NCBI GenBank assembly: GCA_945872855.1
Contig: CAMCAW010000003.1
Span: 7,140-71,139 of the forward strand
From: Rickettsia typhi
GTDB lineage: Bacteria; Pseudomonadota; Alphaproteobacteria; Rickettsiales; UBA1997
Reading direction: 5' to 3'
DNA length: 64,000 nucleotides
The notes beneath the pieces are model-generated. The model was not told the origin of the DNA. It ran no database searches and saw nothing but the letters and a program-made list of their open reading frames with translations. Made by a program: the position numbers and the translations under genes. Below are positions 19,300-27,442 of the stretch, in pieces; position 1 is the first letter of the stretch; the number at the start of each line of letters is the position of its first letter.

Positions 19300-20050
19300 A
19301 TGTCATTCAATAATTTAAATATTTCTTCGGCTTCATTTGAGTTTTTTCCACCAGATCAAGAAAAAGACTATCATGATTTGGCGGTAAAAATCTCTAATTT
19401 ACTCTCATATCCCATGTGCCAAATTCATATCAATAACCTATGGAGCTTCAGGTTCCAAACAGGATCGTAGCATCAAATTTGCGCGTTATTTAATTTCTTA
19501 TAATCCTAATTTTGCATCCAAAATTGCTTTGCACGTTACTTGTGTTGGCAAAAGCAAAGATGCTATTTTGTGGATTATAGGAGAATTTTATAATATCGGA
19601 GTCCGCCAGTTTGTAGCGGTACGCGGTGATGGAGAAATTTTACCAGAAGGATTTTTCTATGCTTCGGATTTAATCGCAGGAATTCGTAAAAAGTTTTTTG
19701 ATGTGGCAATTTATGTGGCGGGATATCCAGAGAACCCCGCTGATCTATGCTTTTTGCGCAATAAAATTTCTTACGGAATAAATGGAATTATAACGCAAAT
19801 TTGTTTTGATGCAAAGGCGGTAGAAGATTTTTCCTATGGTCTAAATATTTCAATTTTTCCGGGAGTTGTGCTGCCTAGTGAGCGAAGCCTGTCTTTCGCT
19901 CAAAGATTAGGAATTAATGTTCCTAATAAAATTTCTGATCCCAAAACTTTTCTTAAAAATCAAGTGCAGAGCCTTATAAATTATGGCTTCAAGCATATTC
20001 ATTTCTACACCTTAAATAACGTCGATAATTTATTATTTTTACTAACTTAA
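19300..20050 (+). pseudogene. metF: Methylenetetrahydrofolate reductase, split by a +1 frame change near 19388-19421.
   Basis: The first frame gives MSFNNLNISSASFEFFPP...ISNLLSY. The next frame gives PCAKFISITYGASGS...HVTCVGKS...AVRGD...GYPE...HFYTLN. Together they reproduce the MetF motif order (SFEFFPP, FVSVTYGA, HLTC, ALRGD, AYPE, FHFYTLN). Confidence 0.75.
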
Positions 20051-20065
20051 AGAATTTACAAATAT

Positions 20066-22279
20066 ATGTCTCAAAAAATTAAAACTGCGTCGCTTGGATT
20101 TTCTCGCATTGGCTTGAAACGTGAATTAAAGTTTGCCTTAGAGCAATTTTGGTCGCAAAAAATTTCTTATGAAGAGCTAGAAAGAGTTGCCAAAGATATT
20201 CGTCTCAAGAATTGGCAGGCCCAGAGTAAGCTTTATTTTATTCCATCGGGAGATTTTTCTTACTATGACCATGTGTTGGATTTGTCATTTGAATTTGGCA
20301 ATGTGCCAAGTAAGTTTAGTGTAATTAAAGATGAGGCGGAAAGATATTTTGCTCTGGCACGCGGCTATCAAAAGGACGGGAGCGATTTTCATGCTTTAGA
20401 ATTATCAAAATGGTTTAACACTAACTACCATTATATTGTTCCAGAATTTCATTCTGATATTAAGTTAAAATATGATCCGAAAAAATTTGTACAACATTTT
20501 CTGGAGGCAAAGTCTTATGGCCTGAATACTCGTCCTGTATTGGTTGGGCCTATTTCTTATTTGTTGTTGGGTAAGGAAAAAACTTGCAGCAGAAAAGAAA
20601 TTTTACCAGATTTATTAAAATGTTACATCGATCTTTTATCTGATTTGAAGGCCAATGGTTGTAGAGATATTCAGCTAGATGAGCCATTTTTAGCAACTGA
20701 ACTTGAAAGTGACTGGAAAGATACTTACCACCAAGCCTATCAAGAGCTATCAAAGGTTGGCCTGAACATCCATTTAGTTAGTTATTTTGATGAATTGAAG
20801 GAAAATGTTGATCTAGCTTTTGATTTGCCAGTTACTTCAGTTCATTTTGATGTTAGTGAATTTGCTTTGCCAAAATTACCTAGTGGTGATAAGACAATTT
20901 CGGTTGGCATTGTGAATGGTCGTAATATTTGGAAAAATGATTTAGCGAAGTCGGCGGCTCTTTTAAAATCAATCTCTGATCGCAATATTATTATTTCTTC
21001 TTCTTGTTCATTATTGCATGTGCCAGTTTCTTTAAGTGAAGAAAATAAGCTTGAGGGATCAATCAAAGAGCGCCTTGCTTATGGTTATGAAAAAATTGCT
21101 GAAATTGTGCAGCTTAAAGAAATTTTAGATGGTGATAAAAAAGTTGAAAATATCACATCAATAAAATTGCCGCAAGCCAATGATTTAGTGGTGCAAAGGC
21201 TCGCGGCTTTATCAGAAAATATTGGTAGAAAATCAGCGTTTAAAATTCGCAAGAAAAAGCAAGAAATTTTAGAAATTCCGCTATTTCCAACTACGACCAT
21301 CGGTTCTTTTCCCCAAAGCGAAGACGTTAGAAAAAATCGTTCTGATTTTAAAAGGGGTTTAAAAACGGAGGAGTCCTATAAAGATTTTTGCCGTCAAAAA
21401 ATCGCACAATGTATTAGCGAACAAGAGGCTTTAGAGCTTGATGTTTTGGTGCATGGAGAGTTCGAAAGAAATGACATGGTAGAATATTTTGGCGAAAATT
21501 TTGACGGTTTTGTCTTTACGCAAAATGGTTGGGTGCAAAGTTATGGCTCGCGTTGCGTGAAGCCGCCAGTAATTTATGCCGATGTTTCTCGTCTTAAAGC
21601 AATTACGGTTGAGTGGTCGAAATATGCACAAAGCCTAACCAAAAAGCATGTAAAGGGAATGTTGACTGGGCCAGTTACAATTTTGAAATGGAGTTTCGTG
21701 CGCGATGATATTCCTTTGGAAACAGTGTGTAAACAAATTGCGATTGCTCTGCAAGATGAGGTGAGAGACCTTGAAGCTGTGGGTATTAAGATCATTCAAA
21801 TTGACGAGCCAGCAATTCGCGAAATTCTTCCATTGCGAAAAGCAAAATGGAATGATTATTTAAACTGGGCAGTTGATTCCTTTAAAATTTCATGCCTCGG
21901 TGTAAATGACGAAACGCAAATTCATACCCATATGTGTTATTCTGAGTTTAACGATATCATCAATCATATCCTTAGACTTGATGCTGACGTTATCTCAATC
22001 GAAGCTTCACGCTCTGATTTAGAGGTGTTGGCGGCGTTAAATAATTTTGGCTACAGCAATGATATTGGGCCGGGCGTTTGGGATATTCACTCGCCAAGAG
22101 TTCCGACAGTTGCAGAAATCAAAACTGTGATTGAGAAATCGCTAAAATATTTGCAACCAGAGCAAATTTGGGTTAATCCAGATTGTGGCTTAAAAACTAG
22201 ACAAGCACGTGAGGTTAATTCTTCATTAAAAAATTTAGTTGTGGTGGCAAAAGAATATAGGCAAAAATTTAAGAAATAG
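20066..22279 (+). CDS. metE: Cobalamin-independent methionine synthase.
   Basis: The 737-aa two-domain protein has TTTIGSFPQ, GEFERNDMVEYF, IQIDEPA and HTHMCYS motifs. Confidence 0.95.
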   Translation: MSQKIKTASLGFSRIGLKRELKFALEQFWSQKISYEELERVAKDIRLKNWQAQSKLYFIPSGDFSYYDHVLDLSFEFGNVPSKFSVIKDEAERYFALARGYQKDGSDFHALELSKWFNTNYHYIVPEFHSDIKLKYDPKKFVQHFLEAKSYGLNTRPVLVGPISYLLLGKEKTCSRKEILPDLLKCYIDLLSDLKANGCRDIQLDEPFLATELESDWKDTYHQAYQELSKVGLNIHLVSYFDELKENVDLAFDLPVTSVHFDVSEFALPKLPSGDKTISVGIVNGRNIWKNDLAKSAALLKSISDRNIIISSSCSLLHVPVSLSEENKLEGSIKERLAYGYEKIAEIVQLKEILDGDKKVENITSIKLPQANDLVVQRLAALSENIGRKSAFKIRKKKQEILEIPLFPTTTIGSFPQSEDVRKNRSDFKRGLKTEESYKDFCRQKIAQCISEQEALELDVLVHGEFERNDMVEYFGENFDGFVFTQNGWVQSYGSRCVKPPVIYADVSRLKAITVEWSKYAQSLTKKHVKGMLTGPVTILKWSFVRDDIPLETVCKQIAIALQDEVRDLEAVGIKIIQIDEPAIREILPLRKAKWNDYLNWAVDSFKISCLGVNDETQIHTHMCYSEFNDIINHILRLDADVISIEASRSDLEVLAALNNFGYSNDIGPGVWDIHSPRVPTVAEIKTVIEKSLKYLQPEQIWVNPDCGLKTRQAREVNSSLKNLVVVAKEYRQKFKK

Positions 22280-22336
22280 TTACTGCAAAAGATTGATTTA
22301 ATTTATATAAAATTAATCTGCAGAGTAGCTAATATT

Positions 22337-22374
22337 CTAGGTTGAGCAGGGTTTATAAAATCTGCTCAACCTAG
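22337..22374 (+). terminator. Perfect 13-bp stem with a 12-nt loop, downstream of metE.
   Basis: ctaggttgagcag (22337-22349) pairs perfectly with ctgctcaacctag (22362-22374). There is no clean U-tract, so it could instead be a protein-binding palindrome. Confidence 0.45.
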
Positions 22375-22450
22375 TAAGATAGTAATTTTTGTTGCAGTTG
22401 AAAGTAGAAATCGCTAGGTTCAAAATCATTATTATTACAAATTGATTCCA

Positions 22451-22852
22451 ATGTTTGAGCTAGATAAAAATCTTGCCGCCGACAGTTTTTTTATCACAGA
22501 TTTAAAAATTTGTCGCGTGTTGTTAATGAATAACGCAAATTTTCCATGGCTTATTTTGGTGCCAAGAGTTGTTGGCGCTGTAGAGTTAACAGACTTGCCA
22601 TTTGCAACGCAAAATGAGATTCTTCAAGAAATAAATTTGGTAGCAAAACTTTTGCAGAAAAATTTTAAGCCGCACAAGCTCAATATTGGCGCACTCGGAA
22701 ATATTGTGAGGCAGCTTCATATTCATATAATTGCGCGCTTTGAAAATGACAAATCCTTTCCGCGTCCAGTTTGGGGTGCTGAAGTAGAAAAATACGATGA
22801 AAAAACAGCGAGTGATTTAATCGCGCAAATTAAAAAAATGATTATTCAATAA
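22451..22852 (+). CDS. HIT-family (histidine triad) protein.
   Basis: The triad LHIHIIARF is present. The ATG at 22451 is preferred over the TTG at 22442. Confidence 0.7.
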   Translation: MFELDKNLAADSFFITDLKICRVLLMNNANFPWLILVPRVVGAVELTDLPFATQNEILQEINLVAKLLQKNFKPHKLNIGALGNIVRQLHIHIIARFENDKSFPRPVWGAEVEKYDEKTASDLIAQIKKMIIQ

Positions 22853-22911
22853 TTGTGCCGCTTTAGTGCTAATATGCTGTAAGCTTGAAGCTAAAATAAT
22901 TATCTAAAAAA

Positions 22912-23196
22912 ATGACAATAGAACTATTGGAAAAAGATACTCTGGCAAAGCAGCTGCTCTATCGCTCAATCCACCGTGGCTGTAAGGAAACAGACTTTCT
23001 TATTGGTGAATTTGCGAAGGAAAAAATCATCTCTTTTGATGGCGAACAATTGCAATTATTTGGTGATTTTATTGTTGAAGATGATTTGTTGATTTATGAT
23101 TGGATTTTGGCAAAATGTGCGGTGCCCGAGAAATATATTGAGCTAATTAAAAGTATTAGAGAATTTCATAAAATGGCTGATTTCACGTCACTGTAG
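22912..23196 (+). CDS. sdhE: Succinate dehydrogenase flavinylation factor SdhE/SDHAF2 family.
   Basis: A 94-aa protein with LLYRSIHRGCKETDFLIG (RGxxE motif) and the ..DDLLIYDW pattern. Confidence 0.7.
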   Translation: MTIELLEKDTLAKQLLYRSIHRGCKETDFLIGEFAKEKIISFDGEQLQLFGDFIVEDDLLIYDWILAKCAVPEKYIELIKSIREFHKMADFTSL

Positions 23197-23213
23197 GGCG
23201 GAATGGTTTTTGT

Positions 23214-23858
23214 TTATTTTTTATCAACCTCGACTTGCTTCAATTTTTCATGGAAAATATACCATGCAAAAAGAACTTTAACTTTTAAAATTGATGGGTT
23301 TTTTCCTAGCGAAATATTGATAAAATCTTCTTGATTATATTTACGAGATTTAGTCATTTCGATTGAAGAGATGACAGTATAGCCGGGTAGTTTATTAAAA
23401 AATTCACTAATAAAAGCTAGCGCTTTAACGTCGCTCAAAGCATCGAATGATAGGGTTACGCTGCTATAAGATACGTTAATGGTTTTTCGCTGAAAAACTC
23501 CCGCATCTAGATTTTCTGGCAACACAACTTGTATCGATGGAGCATAAAGATTGTATTTGTCAGCCAGATTTCCGATTATTTTATTAACATCGTCCATTCT
23601 AATTCCGCGCGTGCTTTTTTTGTTGTCGCTAAGCGTTTTCCATACCTCTTTATATTTTCTAGCTTGACTAGTTTGGCTTTCTAATTCTTGAGTTTGGCTC
23701 CTAATTACGCTGGCCTCTCTATGAATTTGATCAATTTCTTGATCGCTATATTTTTGTTTATTTGAAATATAAAAGGCAACGATAGCGGCAGCGGCAAGTA
23801 ATGCCACTGAGGCTATAAAATTAATGGCAATTTTGCGACGAAGCTGTTGTATTTTCAT
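23214..23858 (-). CDS. Bitopic membrane protein with GspM/PilO-like topology; hypothetical.
   Basis: It has an N-terminal TM segment (INFIASVALLAAAAIVAFYI), a coiled-coil segment, then a ~120-aa alpha/beta-looking domain. Its ATG shares one nucleotide with the upstream TGA stop (TGATG at 23856-23860). Confidence 0.45.
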   Translation of the reverse strand: MKIQQLRRKIAINFIASVALLAAAAIVAFYISNKQKYSDQEIDQIHREASVIRSQTQELESQTSQARKYKEVWKTLSDNKKSTRGIRMDDVNKIIGNLADKYNLYAPSIQVVLPENLDAGVFQRKTINVSYSSVTLSFDALSDVKALAFISEFFNKLPGYTVISSIEMTKSRKYNQEDFINISLGKNPSILKVKVLFAWYIFHEKLKQVEVDKK

Positions 23859-25420
23859 CAATTATTGCTTAGTGAAAAATTGATCGGAAAATCATAATAT
23901 TTTTTGGTAAAATCTATGTTGCGAGGCAATTCGGAGTAGGTCAGTTTATTTTTATCGAATGTTTTTTTGAATTGAGATGTGAGGCCGTCGAATTCGGTGA
24001 ATAAATCTTCGATATCGCCGCTACGATTTGAAATTTCGCCGCTTAGAGAGATTTTATAATTAACATTATTAGTGGGCGCTTTATAAGTAAAATTTGTGAG
24101 CGTATAAGAAAATCCATTCAACTTTGCGCCATATTCTTTGATGAATTTTAGTTTAATATAAACCTCGGGAATGCTTGCCCCTACTGATCCAATAGCATCA
24201 TTGATTCTGCCAATATCAAGTATGCGATCTATTTCTACTGTCTCGTTAGCATCAGTGAAAATTTCGCCATCAAGTGCGGCGCTTTTAACTTTGCTAAGAG
24301 ATTGTGCGGCGGAAAGGCGATCAATTTCAGCGATAGATTTTATTTCAGCAATATTGTTTTGGCTGTTGATAGCGAAGAGGCAAGTGGCGCCAATTAGCAT
24401 TAACAGCAATAAATTTAGATAATATGACGAGCGAATTATCAGAAATAATTTTTCGAATGTAGAAATCGCCGCTGTGGTAAATTTTAGGAGCTTTTTTTTG
24501 CTGCTGGCAAAAACTTTTGCAATTAATAAATCGCAAAATTCACTATCTTTAGGAATTAGATTATTGTATCCCGCACCAGAAGCAGCTTGGAACGGAGTAT
24601 AATTTACGAAATGAAAATCGATGTTGGTAATGCTATTTAGTTTTGCTAAAATTTTGGTTGGAAAAATATTGATAATATCGAGCTCGCTAATGTGCAAATC
24701 GGGAAAAAGTCGCTTCAAATATTCGAAAGTGCTATGAATATCTTGCTCGTATTTTTCTAAAAAATCGGGTTCTTCAAAGTTATAATTTACGACGCGAGTA
24801 AAAATAATTCCATCATTTGAGAACACGGTTTGCCTGATTCCGCTAACTTTATTTTGCAAAAGCAGGCAATATAAATCGTTTCTTTTATTTTTAATTTGAG
24901 AAGAAGATTTGATGTTTAGTTTTAGTAATTTAAACAAAGAAAATGTCTCAATTGGCGACATATAAATGCCCGATACGCGATTAGGCATTTCAAGGGCGAA
25001 ATTTATCCAAGCGTTAGTTGTTTCAGAGTTTGAGGAGGATACAAACAGGCATTCCCATTTTTTTTGCGAGGCAGGGGTGCCTTTGGGATATTTTCCATCG
25101 CCCAAAATAATGTAATTTTTCAGGCTTTCTTTATCGGCGTCATTGGCAATATCGCGTTTTATCAGGTGAATTAAATCGCTTTTTCGAACATAAGGATAGG
25201 TTTTTTTCTTGTAGCTTTGATCTACGGTATCTAGAAGAAAATGGATTGGTGTCGATTTATATTTAGTGAATAATTCTTGTAAACTTTTTTTGTTTTCTTC
25301 GGTGAATGAATCAAAAAAAATTGTTTGTTCTATATTTTTTCCATTGTGTAAAGTGACCACTGAGCCATAATTTCCGATCGTAACAACAAAATTGCTTTCT
25401 GAGATTATTTTGGTAATCAT
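23858..25420 (-). CDS. Membrane protein with GspL- or PilM-PilN-fusion-like topology; hypothetical.
   Basis: Of 520 aa, about 330 form a cytoplasmic N-domain. One central TM follows (YYLNLLLLMLIGATCLFAI), then a ~160-aa periplasmic domain. I recognise no catalytic motifs. Confidence 0.45.
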   Translation of the reverse strand: MITKIISESNFVVTIGNYGSVVTLHNGKNIEQTIFFDSFTEENKKSLQELFTKYKSTPIHFLLDTVDQSYKKKTYPYVRKSDLIHLIKRDIANDADKESLKNYIILGDGKYPKGTPASQKKWECLFVSSSNSETTNAWINFALEMPNRVSGIYMSPIETFSLFKLLKLNIKSSSQIKNKRNDLYCLLLQNKVSGIRQTVFSNDGIIFTRVVNYNFEEPDFLEKYEQDIHSTFEYLKRLFPDLHISELDIINIFPTKILAKLNSITNIDFHFVNYTPFQAASGAGYNNLIPKDSEFCDLLIAKVFASSKKKLLKFTTAAISTFEKLFLIIRSSYYLNLLLLMLIGATCLFAINSQNNIAEIKSIAEIDRLSAAQSLSKVKSAALDGEIFTDANETVEIDRILDIGRINDAIGSVGASIPEVYIKLKFIKEYGAKLNGFSYTLTNFTYKAPTNNVNYKISLSGEISNRSGDIEDLFTEFDGLTSQFKKTFDKNKLTYSELPRNIDFTKKYYDFPINFSLSNN

Positions 25421-25503
25421 CTATAAAAAATGTAAATTATAAAAAGCGAATTAACGGCTAATTTTTAAAGCTTTAGCGCATAATCAACAATAGAAATTTT
25501 AAA

Positions 25504-25908
25504 ATGATTTTAGGAATTGGAATTGATTTGGTAAGTGTGAGTCGCATCGAAGATTTAATGCGTAGATTTGGACAAAAATTCACACAAAAAATCTTCACTG
25601 TAACAGAAATTGCCAGAGCCGAAAAAATTGCCTTCAACGATAATTTTGCTCCAAGAGCAATCTTCTACGCCAAAAGATTCGCCGCCAAAGAAGCCTTCGC
25701 TAAAGCTTGTGGATTAGGCATCGGACGCGGTATCGATTTTTGTGATATTGAAGTTAGCAACGATAAATTAGGTAAGCCAATCATCAAAATTTTAAACGAC
25801 AAAGAAAAGTTTTTGCATGAATTATTCAAGATAGAAAAATTCACAATTCATCTATCCCTAACCGACGAACAGCCATTAGCGCAAGCAATGGTGTTGCTAG
25901 AAGGGTAG
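25504..25908 (+). CDS. acpS: Holo-[acyl-carrier-protein] synthase.
   Basis: N-terminus MILGIGIDLV...RI plus FAAKEAFAKA. Length is 134 aa. Confidence 0.85.
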   Translation: MILGIGIDLVSVSRIEDLMRRFGQKFTQKIFTVTEIARAEKIAFNDNFAPRAIFYAKRFAAKEAFAKACGLGIGRGIDFCDIEVSNDKLGKPIIKILNDKEKFLHELFKIEKFTIHLSLTDEQPLAQAMVLLEG

Positions 25909-25923
25909 GTAAAGAAAGAAAAA

Positions 25924-25996
25924 GCCGCTTCCCGATATGCTTCGAACCGAGTTCGGCGTTCTGGTGTCTGATGGGCGAAGTATGTCGGGAGGTGGC
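25924..25996 (+). terminator. Very long hairpin (21-bp stem, 31-nt apical region) flanked by an A-run and a T-run. It is either an acpS terminator or a small structured RNA.
   Basis: gccgcttcccgatatgcttcg (25924-25944) pairs with cgaagtatgtcgggaggtggc (25976-25996). Four of the pairs are G-U, which are valid only on the + strand. It is flanked by aaaaa and ttttt. Confidence 0.45.
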
Positions 25997-26044
25997 TTTT
26001 TCGAGGACAAGAACTATATATTTAAGCTTTAAAACAAAATTAAA

Positions 26045-27442
26045 ATGAACTACATAATCTACGGCCTAGGCATCTCTGGCCTCGCAACCGCCAAATACCT
26101 AATCAAAGCCAACCAAAAAGTAACAATCACCGACGACAATGAAAGCGCCATAGAAGCTGCTCGCAGCAAGCTCGCAGAAGAAATATCTCAACATCAAGGC
26201 AATATAAAATTTACAAAATCATCAGAAATAGAATGCTCTGCAGACACTTCAGTAATCTTCGCTCCCGGCATTCCACTTTATTACCCCAAGCCCCATAAAA
26301 TTCTAGAAATCGTCAAAAAATCTGGCGCAAAATTATTATGCGATGTTGAGTTGTTTTATTTATTGAACGGCGATAAAACTTTTTTAGGAATCACTGGAAC
26401 CAACGGCAAATCTACAACCACAGCGCTCACAGGCTTTATTTTTGACGAGCTAAAAGTGAGTGCGCAAATTGGTGGAAATATCGGCGTGCCTTGTTTTGCA
26501 ATGCCAAAAGCCAATAATTATGTTTTCGAAACCTCATCTTATCATTTAGATTTGATGGAAAAAACTCATTTCAAAATCGCTGCGCTTACAAACATAACGC
26601 CAGATCACATTGATCGTCATGGTTCTTTCGAAAATTATGTTGCGATAAAAAAGAAAATTTTTGCCAACCAAACCGCCGCAGACTACGCAATTATTGGGGT
26701 TGATAATGAGTATTCTAAAAATATTCTTATCGAATTAGCGGGCGATAAAAGCTTCAAAGCCACGTTAATCGCGGTTTCAACGCAAAAAATTTGTGCAGGC
26801 GGAGTTGCAATTATTGACGGAATTTTGCACAATAAAATTGATGAAGCGGCGTCAGACCTATCTCTAGAAGGCATTGTTTTAAAAGGCGAACATAACATGC
26901 AAAATATCGCCGTGGCTTTTGCTAGCACTTATTGCTCGCTTTATAAAATTATGGAGCCAAAAGAATTAGAGCAAAAGATTATTGCCGCAATCAAGAAATT
27001 CAAGGGTTTGCGTCATCGTATGCAGCTTCTTGGAAATGTTGAGGGTGTAAATTTTATCAATGATAGCAAGGCTACCAACGCCGAATCCACCGAAAACGCT
27101 CTTAAATCTTATGAAAATATTTTTTGGATTTTAGGCGGAAAGCCCAAGGAGGGTGGAATATCAAGCTTGCAGCCTTACTTTAAAAAAATCACCAAAGCTT
27201 ATTTGATTGGAGAGGCCTCTGATCAATTTGCTGAAGTTTTGCAAAAAAATAATGTTGAATTTGTAAAATGTGTCGATTTAAAAAATGCCTTTAACCAAGC
27301 TTTTCTAGGCGCAAAAAAATCTAGCTTAAAAGAAAAAAATATTCTACTTTCTCCTGCTTGCGCCTCTTTCGATCAATGGAAAAATTTTGAAGAGCGCGGC
27401 GATTATTTCTGCAAAGAATTTGATGAAATTAACAAGATTTGA
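26045..27442 (+). CDS. murD: UDP-N-acetylmuramoylalanine--D-glutamate ligase.
   Basis: It has a GLGISG N-terminus and the GITGTNGKSTT P-loop. Length is 465 aa. Confidence 0.9.
   Translation: MNYIIYGLGISGLATAKYLIKANQKVTITDDNESAIEAARSKLAEEISQHQGNIKFTKSSEIECSADTSVIFAPGIPLYYPKPHKILEIVKKSGAKLLCDVELFYLLNGDKTFLGITGTNGKSTTTALTGFIFDELKVSAQIGGNIGVPCFAMPKANNYVFETSSYHLDLMEKTHFKIAALTNITPDHIDRHGSFENYVAIKKKIFANQTAADYAIIGVDNEYSKNILIELAGDKSFKATLIAVSTQKICAGGVAIIDGILHNKIDEAASDLSLEGIVLKGEHNMQNIAVAFASTYCSLYKIMEPKELEQKIIAAIKKFKGLRHRMQLLGNVEGVNFINDSKATNAESTENALKSYENIFWILGGKPKEGGISSLQPYFKKITKAYLIGEASDQFAEVLQKNNVEFVKCVDLKNAFNQAFLGAKKSSLKEKNILLSPACASFDQWKNFEERGDYFCKEFDEINKI

Noticed and set aside
25938-25960. The tRNA-like T-arm string (cttcgaaccgagttcgg) suggested a tRNA gene.
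   Set aside because: The surrounding sequence folds into one long hairpin. There is no acceptor, D or anticodon arm arrangement.
25924-25996. The long hairpin might be SRP (4.5S) RNA.
   Set aside because: It lacks the conserved domain IV sequence (AGGUCCGGAAGGAAGCAGCC-like, with a GGAA tetraloop).
27387-27422. The longest-ORF start for the giant protein would be 27387. Similar N-terminal extensions appear in the track at 5362-6180, 41379-42161, 55837 (mod), 57335 (res), 60503 (rpsB) and 46829 (sdhA).
   Set aside because: The extensions overlap the preceding gene or precede an obvious native N-terminus, such as a signal peptide, an RBS-preceded ATG, or a conserved family N-terminus. Internal starts were chosen instead.
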